The position numbers were made by a program, and so were the translations under genes. This document shows positions 35,405 through 45,239 of a DNA stretch of 64,000 nt, one piece after another; the first letter of the stretch is position 1; each line of letters starts with the position of its first letter. Source of the stretch: a virus; IMG/VR virus record IMGVR_UViG_3300036790_000034, positions 1 to 64,000 of that record, one strand, 5' to 3'. The notes below the pieces were generated by a model. It was not told where the DNA came from and did not search any database. It was given only the letters and a program-made list of their open reading frames with translations.

Positions 35405-36317
35405 TATTGAGTGGGCAAAGAAGTTTGCATTTGCACGCGGAATGGTTTTGGGAAATTCGTTGGAGCCTGCTCTTACGAGTGCGTATTTGGTTACTCAAAC
35501 GATACTCAGCCCCCCTTTCGAGTGGTGGTGGAACAATGAGGAGTTGGTGTTCACTTGCAATCCGACACCGAACTCCGCGACGAGCACTGCAATCAGCATC
35601 TCTGCGGGTATCGTCACTGTGACAGCGGCGAACACCTTCGCTGTCGGCAATCTCTTGATGCCCTCGCTCATCGCGGGCGGCTCAATCGCACTCAACGGTC
35701 AAATCATCGAAGTGCTGACTGCGACAGGCTCCAGCTTCACGGCCGAAATCAATCTGCCGAATTCGACAGATACTGTCGGCACCTTTACGAACCTGACCAC
35801 TCAGGATTACACGATTCCGACGCCGGAATTTTCGCACATCGAACACGCAAGTGTCCTCGACCTAGATGCGACGGGCAATCCGATTAAGTGGTACGAACTC
35901 ACGGTCAAGAACATGCTGAGTCTCGAAACCTCAAAAGGCCGTCCTGAGTTCATCTCTCCGCACACGGAAGATGGAGCAGGAAACACGACCTTCCGCGTCT
36001 CGGCAGCACCTTCCAAGAAATTCCCTGTCTCTGTTCACATTCAGAAAGTCGCACCACTTTACACGAGCATTAACCAAGTGTGGGCCGTGCCGGATTTCAT
36101 GATGAACATTTACAATTGGGGATTCCTATCCTTGATGTGGCAGTTCGCTGATGATCCGCGTGCTGCATTCGCCAATAACCAGTTCAAGGCGGCTCTGCTC
36201 GGTCGGGCCGAAGGTTTGACAGAGGAACAGAAGAACATCTTCCTCAACAATTGGCAGGACTTGCAAATGGGCTTCATGGCAAAGATGCAGCAAGGCATAG
36301 CAGCACGAGGCCAGTAG
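35373..36317 (+). CDS. tail/adaptor structural protein (MALATYTIANSIEW...)
   Basis: GGAG RBS inside the HEG; inserted beta-rich domain; resembles 32976-34043 in layout. Confidence 0.65.
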   Translation: MALATYTIANSIEWAKKFAFARGMVLGNSLEPALTSAYLVTQTILSPPFEWWWNNEELVFTCNPTPNSATSTAISISAGIVTVTAANTFAVGNLLMPSLIAGGSIALNGQIIEVLTATGSSFTAEINLPNSTDTVGTFTNLTTQDYTIPTPEFSHIEHASVLDLDATGNPIKWYELTVKNMLSLETSKGRPEFISPHTEDGAGNTTFRVSAAPSKKFPVSVHIQKVAPLYTSINQVWAVPDFMMNIYNWGFLSLMWQFADDPRAAFANNQFKAALLGRAEGLTEEQKNIFLNNWQDLQMGFMAKMQQGIAARGQ

Positions 36318-36326
36318 GAGTTTTGG

Positions 36327-36620
36327 ATGTCCGCACCCACTAAGCAGTCAGTCACCTTCAATTTTCAAGACCCTGCTGGACGCCCTCTTGCTTTAGGGTC
36401 AGTGACTTTTCGTCTTCAAGTAGATATTTCAACTTTTTCTGATAGCGGACCCCAGATATCTGCTGGGCGGCTGGTGACGGCCTCTCTTGATTCAAGCGGT
36501 TCTTGCACTGTCCTGCTCTGGCCCAATAATCTTCTTGCCCCTGCCTCGATTTATTTCGTGGTGGCGTATACCGCTCAAGGGCAACCCGCGTGGCGGGGAG
36601 AATTGACCGTCACTGAATAG
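36327..36620 (+). CDS. stand-alone copy of a tail-fibre N-terminal domain
   Basis: Aligns with residues 1-105 of the next gene (FQD..G, FRL..D, LD..G, LW.N..L.P, YT..GQPAW). Confidence 0.65.
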   Translation: MSAPTKQSVTFNFQDPAGRPLALGSVTFRLQVDISTFSDSGPQISAGRLVTASLDSSGSCTVLLWPNNLLAPASIYFVVAYTAQGQPAWRGELTVTE

Positions 36621-36626
36621 AGGTTT

Positions 36627-37787
36627 ATGCCTTCCAAAGTACAACTTATCGGTGGTGCCTTTCAGGATAGCGAAGGCAACATTCTCACTAACGGCCAGCT
36701 TAAATTTCGACTCTCCCAAGACGCTTCGGTGTCCGGGGTAGGAAATATATGTTCCGGGGTAGAGGTTATCATCCAGCTTGACGCAGATGGCAACGTGGTC
36801 AGTTCTCCGGCCCAATACCTTTGGGGGAATGACAGCCTTCTCCCTATTAACACTTACTATCGTGTGACGGGATATACCTTCGCTGGCCAGCCCGCGTGGG
36901 GGCCGAATAATCAACAAGTCGAGGGTTCGGGGACTTTTGATCTCGGAACGTGGGTGCCTAACAGTGTGATTAGCTGGCTGCCTGTCGTAAACCAGCCTCT
37001 CGTGCTGAAGAATAACGGCGTGCTGAATAGCAGCCAAGCACTTCTCAATTTGGAATCCTCTGACTCCAGCGTGACTATTACCGACGAGGGTGGAGGAAAT
37101 ATCAATCTTCAAGCGGGTGGTGGAACATTCCAAAACACCATCGGCAGTACGGCGGCTGGGGTAGTGGGTAATTCTTTCAGTCAAGGTTCCAACATCGGCA
37201 TGGCTCTTACCCCCATCGGAAATTCTGCACTAGGGATCAGTAGTGGCCCGTCCGCAACCGAGGGCTGCTTCGTCCCGCTACAGGGCTCTTCCAGCGATCA
37301 AGTAGGAGCGTTGATTGATGTGACTTTCAATATCTCATTGGGGATTTTGAAAGACTGGTTTTGCAAAGTCACCTTAGTGGGTACAACGTCTTCTCGATAT
37401 TGGATGGGAATTTCGGATACCACATCATCGAATGTCGGCAACGTATTATTTTCTGATACACCCGCCGCGAACTTCGTTGGATTCTTGTGGTCCAGTAGCG
37501 TCGGGGGTGGGGGAAACTACAACGCTGTCTGCCAGACAGATGCAACTCATCAAACGCTGGTAGACACCGGAGTATCCCTTGGCGTTGGGGATAAATTGGA
37601 ATTCAAATCATCTGGTAGCTCCGTGTTGTTCTACATCAACGGCTCCCTCGTTGCGACGATTAGCACCAATGTTCCTTCGACATCTCTAGGACTATCTTCT
37701 GTGCTTACCAACGACTGCGATGGAAATGTTGAGGCGTCAAACTACCAGATGAACTGGTATTACGTCTACGCTATCCTGAATTATTAA
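36627..37787 (+). CDS. putative tail fibre/receptor-binding protein
   Basis: Anchor domain plus a beta-sandwich-like C-terminus (VLFYINGSLVATISTNVP). Confidence 0.65.
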   Translation: MPSKVQLIGGAFQDSEGNILTNGQLKFRLSQDASVSGVGNICSGVEVIIQLDADGNVVSSPAQYLWGNDSLLPINTYYRVTGYTFAGQPAWGPNNQQVEGSGTFDLGTWVPNSVISWLPVVNQPLVLKNNGVLNSSQALLNLESSDSSVTITDEGGGNINLQAGGGTFQNTIGSTAAGVVGNSFSQGSNIGMALTPIGNSALGISSGPSATEGCFVPLQGSSSDQVGALIDVTFNISLGILKDWFCKVTLVGTTSSRYWMGISDTTSSNVGNVLFSDTPAANFVGFLWSSSVGGGGNYNAVCQTDATHQTLVDTGVSLGVGDKLEFKSSGSSVLFYINGSLVATISTNVPSTSLGLSSVLTNDCDGNVEASNYQMNWYYVYAILNY

Positions 37788-37799
37788 CGAAAGGCCACT

Positions 37800-40700
37800 A
37801 TGAGTCAGCTTGCAGCGAACGGCGGACAGCCGCAAAAAGCACCGAAGTACGCTCCAATCTATCAGGGACGTTTCTTCAACGGCATCAACACAAATCGTTC
37901 CCCGTTGCGTGCAGCCAGTGCAAGCCACATCGCTGAGAAGTTCTACTCGGATAACTCCGGCGATGCGATGATTGCAGGGTCTAACATCGAAGTTACTAAC
38001 CGTCTGACTCTCGGTCGGCGTCCCGGTAACCCGATTTTCGATTTGGCCCATCAGTACAATGACCCGGATGCGTTCGATGAATTCCGCGTCAATAAAGCAC
38101 AGAGCGATGTGTTCGGTACGACTATCGAACAGATTTTTACGATGATTGACGAAACGGGTTCGGGGAATTTCCTCTACTCTTTCGACGCATCGAGTGGCAA
38201 ACGTGGCGGTGATTCAGCTTACAAATATGGACTGAAATTCCAGAAAGCCTCTGGAGCCGGACAAACGTTCATGCAGGAAGTGGGCAACTCGCTCTATCTC
38301 GCGAACGGCGTCCAGAACAAGAAGTGGTTGACCAGTCTCTTCGTTCGTAATTCCGCAGGAAACAATCAGTTCCTCCAAGGTTCTGACGGTCTCGCTGGGA
38401 CGTATCCTTTTGGCACTTATCTTATCGACCCTGCCACGGGGAATATCCAGCAATTCATCGGCATTAGCATCGGCAACGTCACCAACGTCAACGTCTCGAA
38501 CAACATCTTGACGTTGACCATCACTGTCACGGACGACACTCGCGACTACCCAATCGGAACATCCTTCCAGTTGTGGGGTATGACAAGTAATCCGTGGCTC
38601 AATGGTGCGACCATCACGCTGACCTCGGAGTATGACCATACGCTTTTCGGTCGAACATTCGTCGGAACAACGACGCACGCGAATACGAACACGCCGGAGT
38701 CCGGTCAAGCGTTCGTCATTCAGACAGGCACTCAAGGCGGCGGCAGCACGATTTACGTCGCTGAGACGGGCAACAGTGTTCCGACATGGGGCACGACTCT
38801 CCCCGCTATCTCGAATGACTTCCAAGGAAGTTTGACCGAAGATGGCAACACCATCTGGCTCAATCGTGGCGTTAACTACCCGAATGAGTCTCCTGTCCAG
38901 CAGCCTAGCGTCATGAATTGGGGAATTAAAGCCCCGAAGACGGCTCCAGCTTTCACATCTTCAGGTGCAGCGGTCTCGTGGCAGACCAACACGTATTATT
39001 CTCCGGTCTCAGTCTTCATTGACCCTACGTTCGGAAACCTCTGGCAGATTACAACGCCGGGAACGACGGGGTCCGCACAACCGACATGGCCCGCGTCACC
39101 CGTGCATCAGCAGAAGGTCATCATCACTGGCCTCTATGCCGATGGCACGAACATCTTCGTTAAGACGGACACACAGTCCCCAGCTCTTGTAGCGGGCGAC
39201 ACGGTCGTCTTCCAGAACATGTGTACCTTCGCCAACGGTCAAGGTTCATTCCCTGACCTCGAAGGCGTATCCGTGACGGTGTCCGCGACTGGTCTCACCA
39301 CGACGGCCTTCCAAGCACCTTACACTGCGAACGTCATCGGCTCCGGCTCACCTATCGCGGAGTACGGACAAGCAATTAAGACCGCCGGAACGAACCCTCC
39401 GACTACAGTGTCGGAATCAGGTCACGGTGGAACTGCGGTGTGGACGAGCATTCAGTTGGCTGCATCACTGACATGGCAGGCTCACACGCACTACAACGTC
39501 GGAGACTTCATCGTCTCTCCGACCAAGTTCTTGTTCCAGCTTGGCCGCAAGACACAACCTTTCATCAACACAGCACTCGGGCTGCATATCAATATGAACT
39601 CTCTGAACGAGCCACAATCTCTTCAGAACAGTGCGTATCAAGGTGCGTTCCCGTATTTCAACTCTGGTGACCCAGCTATCAGCGGACTCCCTAATTGGCA
39701 AGCTGAGTCAGGCTTCTACACCAATCAGAATTTGTCATCCGTCTGGTTACAGCGTACTCAACCGCCGGGGAGTGGAAGTTCAAGCACTCCATATGGTGAG
39801 AACGCTGTCAACGGTGCTGGAGAAGTTGGTGCGAACTCATCACTGGCCGCAGTGTCTTCAAGCTGGGTCGGCGTCATCAAGTGCTATGTCTTTATTCCTC
39901 GACCGGGAACGTACACCTTCACTTGTCAACACAACGATGGTGCGATTTTCTGTTTCGATTCACAAGGTATTGACACAGGCACCGTTGCTCCGGGTGCGTT
40001 CAAAGCATCTGGTGGAACGGACAACGTATCCCAAACAATCTCTCCCGGCTTCGGCTTCGGTCGTCCCGGTGGGGTTGACCTCTGTGGCACGAACACCAGT
40101 GACCGCACAGGTCCGGGTCCATTCGCACAATCGGCAACAAAACCCGCAGACTCCGCGACGTGGAACTTCCCGCAAGCGGGAAATTATGCGTTGGAAATTG
40201 ACTACGCAAAGTGGTATCACTCCGGTGGTTACATGGTCTTTATGTGCCCCGGCTCAGGTGGTGCCCCGGCCCAGACTCTCGCAGTAGGACGCGATGAGTC
40301 AGGTACGTCCGCTCCGTCGTGGCCCGCGTTCACCAAAACAGGTGCAGGGTTCGACACAACGAATGAAGTAATCATTTGGGGTGGAAACGTAGTTGAGGTC
40401 TCGACTGCTGGACAGCAGTACCTTTGGAACAACGTCGGACCCAAGAGTGACTTCGTGTGGGTCGCGGGGAAGAATTACACCCTCCCCGGAACAGTCATCA
40501 TCGACACGAACAGCAATCAGCAAGGTGCCTACGAAACAGGCATCACCGGGACGGTTCAACCGACGTGGTCAAACACGACGGTCGGTTCGATTCTCGCAGA
40601 CCCTAACCCACCGCTTCAGTGGATTAACGAAGGGTCGGTGCCCAATTCCTCGACGCAAGGCAACACCATCACGGCGTTGTCTCAACAGGGTTGGCTCTAC

Positions 40701-42125
40701 TGGATTGCACTGGTCAACACGCTTGACCAGACAGTGTCCAACGTCAGTCCGGTTTCTCTGCCGACTGGCCCAATCAGCAAGGGTCAAATCACCTTCCCTG
40801 CTGGCTCGGGCTTGGATGTGACGCAGATTGACCCACAGGCTGATTACGTTGCGATTTTCCGTTCAGCAGATGGCTTCAGTACGCCGCTGCTCATTCCGGG
40901 GTTTGTCAACTCGCCGTACACGGTTCCGCTGGCACAATATCTGGCATACGGATATGTGGACACGGTGCCGGACGCGGAGTTGAACAACCTCGAACAAGGT
41001 GCTCAGGCTGGCGAGAACACGCCTCCTGCCACTGGTGCAAAGAATCTGTCTTACCATCTGTCCCAAATCTGGTACAGTATCGGTAACACGGTTTACTATA
41101 CGACAGGCCCGCTGGCTCCCATCGGCAACGGAACTGACGGCACTGCACCGGGGAACTTCGCAGAGTGCTCATCCCAAGTTCGACGACTCGTGCCGACGGC
41201 AATCGGCATGTTGGTCTTCACGGTGAGCGATGTCTATATCATTGCTGGGAATGGAACGTCCACGAGTCCAATCCTTCCCGCGATTCCGTACCTCACAGGC
41301 ATCGGTCTCGCAAACTACAACGCCCTCGACATCAATGGCGGCCTTATCGGGTTCTTCACGACCGACAAGCAGTTCGTCATCTTTGATCCGAGTGCAGGAC
41401 TTAGCTACGTGGGCTTCAACATCGGCGACCAGTTCCGTCTCAACAACGGACAACCAGGGCAGAGTTGGAACACTTCGACGGTTTACGTCACTTGGTATGT
41501 GAACGGCGAAGACGCAGCATGGTACGTAGCTGACGGCGTGAACGGATGGTTCAAGTGCATCGCAACTCCTGCCCCCGAACAGGGCAGTGTTGCGTGGTCA
41601 CCGTTTGCGACAATCGTTGGTGGTGCAGGTGCGATTAGGAGTGTCGAGACTACTCCCGGCGTTCACACGTTGCTCGTCGGACAAACAACATCGACAAGCA
41701 ATTTGCTTTACCGTAACTTGTCCGCGACCACGGACAACGGAACAGGTAACTCGAACGGTTCGACGTATAGTGCATACGGCGTCATCGGCTCAATCGTCCT
41801 AGCTCAACCGGGCCAGATTGCGAAACTCGCATTCATCACGACCGATAGCGTCAACGTTGGTTCCCCACTCATCCTTGGGGTCATTCTCGACGAAGCCCTG
41901 CCGTATTACACGGGTTCGTTTGATATCCTCAAGGACTGGAAGACCGACCCCACGAACATGCCACAGAGCACTTCAATCCTTTCGCAAAGGTTCTATCTTG
42001 CGGAAAATACTGAAGACTCCGCGTACTGCAAGCACTTGCAGATTATGTGCCAGTGGCCTCCCGAAGCTGCGATGAACGAATTGCAGACTTTGACCGTGTT
42101 CGGGGCCTACGAAATTGAGCAATAG
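37800..42125 (+). CDS. large tail protein (nozzle-like) with inserted carbohydrate-binding-like repeats and a PA14-like domain
   Basis: 1441 aa; WQTNTYY, WQAHTHYNVGD and WVAGKNY repeats; YVFIPRPGTYTFTCQHNDG...GNYALEIDY. Confidence 0.7.
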   Translation: MSQLAANGGQPQKAPKYAPIYQGRFFNGINTNRSPLRAASASHIAEKFYSDNSGDAMIAGSNIEVTNRLTLGRRPGNPIFDLAHQYNDPDAFDEFRVNKAQSDVFGTTIEQIFTMIDETGSGNFLYSFDASSGKRGGDSAYKYGLKFQKASGAGQTFMQEVGNSLYLANGVQNKKWLTSLFVRNSAGNNQFLQGSDGLAGTYPFGTYLIDPATGNIQQFIGISIGNVTNVNVSNNILTLTITVTDDTRDYPIGTSFQLWGMTSNPWLNGATITLTSEYDHTLFGRTFVGTTTHANTNTPESGQAFVIQTGTQGGGSTIYVAETGNSVPTWGTTLPAISNDFQGSLTEDGNTIWLNRGVNYPNESPVQQPSVMNWGIKAPKTAPAFTSSGAAVSWQTNTYYSPVSVFIDPTFGNLWQITTPGTTGSAQPTWPASPVHQQKVIITGLYADGTNIFVKTDTQSPALVAGDTVVFQNMCTFANGQGSFPDLEGVSVTVSATGLTTTAFQAPYTANVIGSGSPIAEYGQAIKTAGTNPPTTVSESGHGGTAVWTSIQLAASLTWQAHTHYNVGDFIVSPTKFLFQLGRKTQPFINTALGLHINMNSLNEPQSLQNSAYQGAFPYFNSGDPAISGLPNWQAESGFYTNQNLSSVWLQRTQPPGSGSSSTPYGENAVNGAGEVGANSSLAAVSSSWVGVIKCYVFIPRPGTYTFTCQHNDGAIFCFDSQGIDTGTVAPGAFKASGGTDNVSQTISPGFGFGRPGGVDLCGTNTSDRTGPGPFAQSATKPADSATWNFPQAGNYALEIDYAKWYHSGGYMVFMCPGSGGAPAQTLAVGRDESGTSAPSWPAFTKTGAGFDTTNEVIIWGGNVVEVSTAGQQYLWNNVGPKSDFVWVAGKNYTLPGTVIIDTNSNQQGAYETGITGTVQPTWSNTTVGSILADPNPPLQWINEGSVPNSSTQGNTITALSQQGWLYWIALVNTLDQTVSNVSPVSLPTGPISKGQITFPAGSGLDVTQIDPQADYVAIFRSADGFSTPLLIPGFVNSPYTVPLAQYLAYGYVDTVPDAELNNLEQGAQAGENTPPATGAKNLSYHLSQIWYSIGNTVYYTTGPLAPIGNGTDGTAPGNFAECSSQVRRLVPTAIGMLVFTVSDVYIIAGNGTSTSPILPAIPYLTGIGLANYNALDINGGLIGFFTTDKQFVIFDPSAGLSYVGFNIGDQFRLNNGQPGQSWNTSTVYVTWYVNGEDAAWYVADGVNGWFKCIATPAPEQGSVAWSPFATIVGGAGAIRSVETTPGVHTLLVGQTTSTSNLLYRNLSATTDNGTGNSNGSTYSAYGVIGSIVLAQPGQIAKLAFITTDSVNVGSPLILGVILDEALPYYTGSFDILKDWKTDPTNMPQSTSILSQRFYLAENTEDSAYCKHLQIMCQWPPEAAMNELQTLTVFGAYEIEQ

Positions 42126-42157
42126 AATCAACAACTTACGAGTTTGAATTATGCTCC

Positions 42158-42186
42158 TTGACTTTCTTGTCGCAACATGAGATACT
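42158..42186 (+). promoter_or_regulatory. sigma70-like promoter of HEG 42203
   Basis: TTGACT-17-GATACT; exact IHF-consensus box AATCAACAACTTA at 42126-42138. Confidence 0.45.
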
Positions 42187-42202
42187 GGCGATGGGAGAAG
42201 AT

Positions 42203-42820
42203 ATGGAGAAAAGATACAAACTTGAAGGTCATGAACAAGACGTTGTTGATGCGTATCAGAGTGGACAACCGACCACTCTGATAGCTCGAACATTCGGGGT
42301 GTCTGCGACCTCAGTTAATCAACTGCTAAGAAAACTCGGGGTGCCTCGTCGTGATATGAAGACGAGTCACCCTCAAAAATCGCACTGTCGGTATGGGCAC
42401 CCCCTATTCGGGGATAACCTCTATACGACGCAACGTGGGACTCGGGGATGTCGAGCATGTCGTAAGGCGTGGTTCGAGAAACATACACAGACGGAAGAAC
42501 AGAAAAATCGTAGTCGTGATTGGGGGCGACGAAAGCGAGAGAGCGACCCCGAATATCAGCGTAATGCGGATTTGTGGTCTTACTATCGTTTACGTCGGCC
42601 TGAGTACGACCAGAAACTTCAGATTCAAAAACATCAATGTGCCGTGTGTAAGCAGTTGATGGAAAAACCTTGCGTTGACCACGACCACACTACGTTTCAA
42701 GTGCGAGATTTAGTTTGTCGAAATTGTAATCTCGCTATCGGCCACGTAAGGGAAAGTCTCGAAATCGCAGAGGCTCTCGTCGCTTACCTCAAGAAATGGA
42801 GCACTCATGCCGCCTCTTAG
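42203..42820 (+). CDS. endonuclease VII-like homing endonuclease with HTH and CxxGH domains
   Basis: IARTFGVSATSV HTH; CRYGH..DNLY..GCRAC; CVDHDH..RDLVCRNCN. Confidence 0.85.
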   Translation: MEKRYKLEGHEQDVVDAYQSGQPTTLIARTFGVSATSVNQLLRKLGVPRRDMKTSHPQKSHCRYGHPLFGDNLYTTQRGTRGCRACRKAWFEKHTQTEEQKNRSRDWGRRKRESDPEYQRNADLWSYYRLRRPEYDQKLQIQKHQCAVCKQLMEKPCVDHDHTTFQVRDLVCRNCNLAIGHVRESLEIAEALVAYLKKWSTHAAS

Positions 42821-43517
42821 TCATATGATTCGTAGTTCAAGCCCGAAAGGGTTCGAGGCTGTAGAAAATAAACCTGAAGCACCCCCGGTCGTTCAACCGG
42901 GGCGTGCTCAAGGCGGAAATCCCTACATCCGTTGTCCTCTCCCACCCTTCAATGCGACCGTCGATACAATGCGACAGTTCAATGAAGAAGGAAAGGTTCC
43001 GACACGTCGAGTTATCCCTATCCCTGTTCTACTCTCAGGCGGGGGTGGAACGACTGTAACTAAGACTTCTGTCATCAATCAAGGTGGTGGAGGTTCGGGC
43101 GGTGGCTCAACCGTAGTACCTACTAAGTTGGTCTCGGCAACAGTTACTCTGAAGGTACCTGCTTTGACTCCCGGCGGAATCTTCACGGCCACGGTGACAA
43201 TGGCAAAGTCATTCCAGCTTTTGCAATTGACATCTTCGGCACCACTTGAGATTCGCGTATACGGAGATGCACTTACTCAAGGTTCAGACGTACCGCGTTC
43301 GACGGACACCGCTGTCCCTTTTGAGACAGTTCCCGGCGTCATTACGGATGTGGTCTTCGACACCGCCCCGTTTATTTGGTCCTGGCAAAATAGGGTCGGA
43401 GCGAATGCCGATTCACCGATATCGACAAGCATCTATATCACGGTAATAAACCCTTCGCAAATCGTGGGTTCCTCTGCGGCTATTCTTTCTTTTTCGTATC
43501 TTCCTTTGGAGTCTTAG
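42807..43517 (+). CDS. tail structural protein
   Basis: Gly-rich linker plus beta domain; RBS inside the HEG. Confidence 0.6.
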   Translation: MPPLSHMIRSSSPKGFEAVENKPEAPPVVQPGRAQGGNPYIRCPLPPFNATVDTMRQFNEEGKVPTRRVIPIPVLLSGGGGTTVTKTSVINQGGGGSGGGSTVVPTKLVSATVTLKVPALTPGGIFTATVTMAKSFQLLQLTSSAPLEIRVYGDALTQGSDVPRSTDTAVPFETVPGVITDVVFDTAPFIWSWQNRVGANADSPISTSIYITVINPSQIVGSSAAILSFSYLPLES

Positions 43518-43526
43518 GAGTCTTTT

Positions 43527-43889
43527 ATGAACAGGGAGACTTTCCCTTCGTCACAATCACCACTGACAGGCGACATCAGCGGTGCGGCTGGGCAAACGAA
43601 CGTCACCGTTGTCGGCCTCCAGACAATTCCAATCGACCCCACACCGCCGACAGCGGAAGAGGAACTTTATTATGATGTGGGTCTGCTCGAATGGTCTCCG
43701 CGATTGGACGCGAACCGCAGTATCACACTCGGAACATTCGCGACTGACAGCGGGGATATTATTTCACGCGGCCAAAAGCTGAGTGATGATTACGATTTTC
43801 TCGTCAACTGCGTCGGCCTTGAAGTTCTTGTAGGCTGGACGTACGGGTTTAGTTTTCAAGTATTTTGCAACGGCACGGGGGTCGCATAA
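43527..43889 (+). CDS. putative tail protein
   Basis: LTGDISG...TVVGLQTIPI fibre-like motif; AGGAG RBS. Confidence 0.55.
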   Translation: MNRETFPSSQSPLTGDISGAAGQTNVTVVGLQTIPIDPTPPTAEEELYYDVGLLEWSPRLDANRSITLGTFATDSGDIISRGQKLSDDYDFLVNCVGLEVLVGWTYGFSFQVFCNGTGVA

Positions 43890-43891
43890 CT

Positions 43892-44374
43892 ATGTCAATC
43901 AATTTAAGCAATACTACACCTGCTGCACCTTCCGGCGGTACGAACATCCTCTGGCAGAGTGATGGTTCCGGGAATGTCTCTGGCTATGTCCAATCCGCTG
44001 TTGAACTCGTCGGTGATGGCGTTGACCTCACTGCCCAGACAGCCGACATCGGCCCGAACACTCTGGTCACTACGCCGAACGGCTACTATCGCATTTCGGC
44101 CTACCTCATCGTGACAACCGTGGATGGTGCGTCCTCGACGCTCCCGAAGCTGACAATCACATGGAATGACCTCGACAACGGACAAACCCAGACCTTTGAT
44201 TTGACACCAACTATATCGGGGGCGGGTTCCAACCTGTTGACCACGTTTGAGCAATCTGATATGATTGTTTCAGCAGGAAGTTCCGCCACTCTCGACTACG
44301 CGACCTCTGGGTATGCTTCTGGCACGCCCGCGACCATGCAGTACGCGATTCACATCCGAGTCGAACAACTGTAA
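43892..44374 (+). CDS. putative tail protein (MSINLSNTTP...)
   Basis: Beta-rich, Thr-rich protein in the tail module. Confidence 0.6.
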   Translation: MSINLSNTTPAAPSGGTNILWQSDGSGNVSGYVQSAVELVGDGVDLTAQTADIGPNTLVTTPNGYYRISAYLIVTTVDGASSTLPKLTITWNDLDNGQTQTFDLTPTISGAGSNLLTTFEQSDMIVSAGSSATLDYATSGYASGTPATMQYAIHIRVEQL

Positions 44375-44398
44375 TTCTATCAAATAGAATGGAGGAGC

Positions 44399-44815
44399 AT
44401 GGGCATCGAAATTCGTCCGTTCTCAGAAACGGACATCCCATCGTTGCAGGCTGCTATCGACCGCGACACAATCCATCCCGGCGAGTGGAGCGTCAGACAC
44501 TTCTATGACGACCCCGAAGACCCGGATGCACTCAACATTCCTAAAGAAGTGACCACGATGTCGGACCAACACGGCCCGATTGCTTTCGTGCGTTACACGA
44601 AATCGCTCCGCATTTCTTGCATTTGGGATGACGAAAAAGATGTTCATAGAAATGCTCGGGCAATTGTCGCCGGCATTCTTGACGCAGTACAAAAAGCTAG
44701 AGCCAGTGGTTTTACGGAGATAGTCATCCAAACACAAAGTGAGAAACTTGCTATCTTTTTCGAGAAAGTTCTAAGAATGAAGCGTAGCCGGGAAGAATTT
44801 TTGCTGCAAGTATAG
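44399..44815 (+). CDS. GNAT-like protein preceding the ejection genes
   Basis: MGIEIRPFSETD N-terminus; F.EKVL.M C-terminus; position analogous to T7 gp13-like proteins. Confidence 0.55.
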   Translation: MGIEIRPFSETDIPSLQAAIDRDTIHPGEWSVRHFYDDPEDPDALNIPKEVTTMSDQHGPIAFVRYTKSLRISCIWDDEKDVHRNARAIVAGILDAVQKARASGFTEIVIQTQSEKLAIFFEKVLRMKRSREEFLLQV

Positions 44816-44825
44816 AAAGGCTCTC

Positions 44826-45239
44826 GTGAAGAAATCGAAATGTAGCCGAGGGCATCTCCTAACAAAAGACAACCTCATCATTAACCGAAAAGGTCGCCAA
44901 TGTAAGAAATGTCATCGAGTTACTCAGCAGAGGTATCGTAAAACCCAGCAAGGTGTTTGGACTTCTAAATCGCGAGAAATCCGGGATTCTGGGTGGACAT
45001 TAGAAAGATACCAAGACTTTTTGCGTGTCCAAGATAATGCTTGTGCTATCTGCAAAACTCCGTTTGAGCAATTTACAAGAAATCCTTCTTGCGACCACGA
45101 CCACGCGTGCATGACCCCGCGAGGGTTGTTGTGTGATGCTTGCAATCTGGGAATCGGAAAGTTCAAAGAGAACCCTCTGCTCTTAGAACTTGCGGCTCAA
45201 TATTTGAAGAAGTGGAAGGTATACGATGTGCGGACCTAG
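44826..45239 (+). CDS. endonuclease VII-like homing endonuclease
   Basis: CSRGH..DNL; QDNACAIC..SCDHDH..RGLLCDACNLGIG. Confidence 0.9.
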   Translation: MKKSKCSRGHLLTKDNLIINRKGRQCKKCHRVTQQRYRKTQQGVWTSKSREIRDSGWTLERYQDFLRVQDNACAICKTPFEQFTRNPSCDHDHACMTPRGLLCDACNLGIGKFKENPLLLELAAQYLKKWKVYDVRT

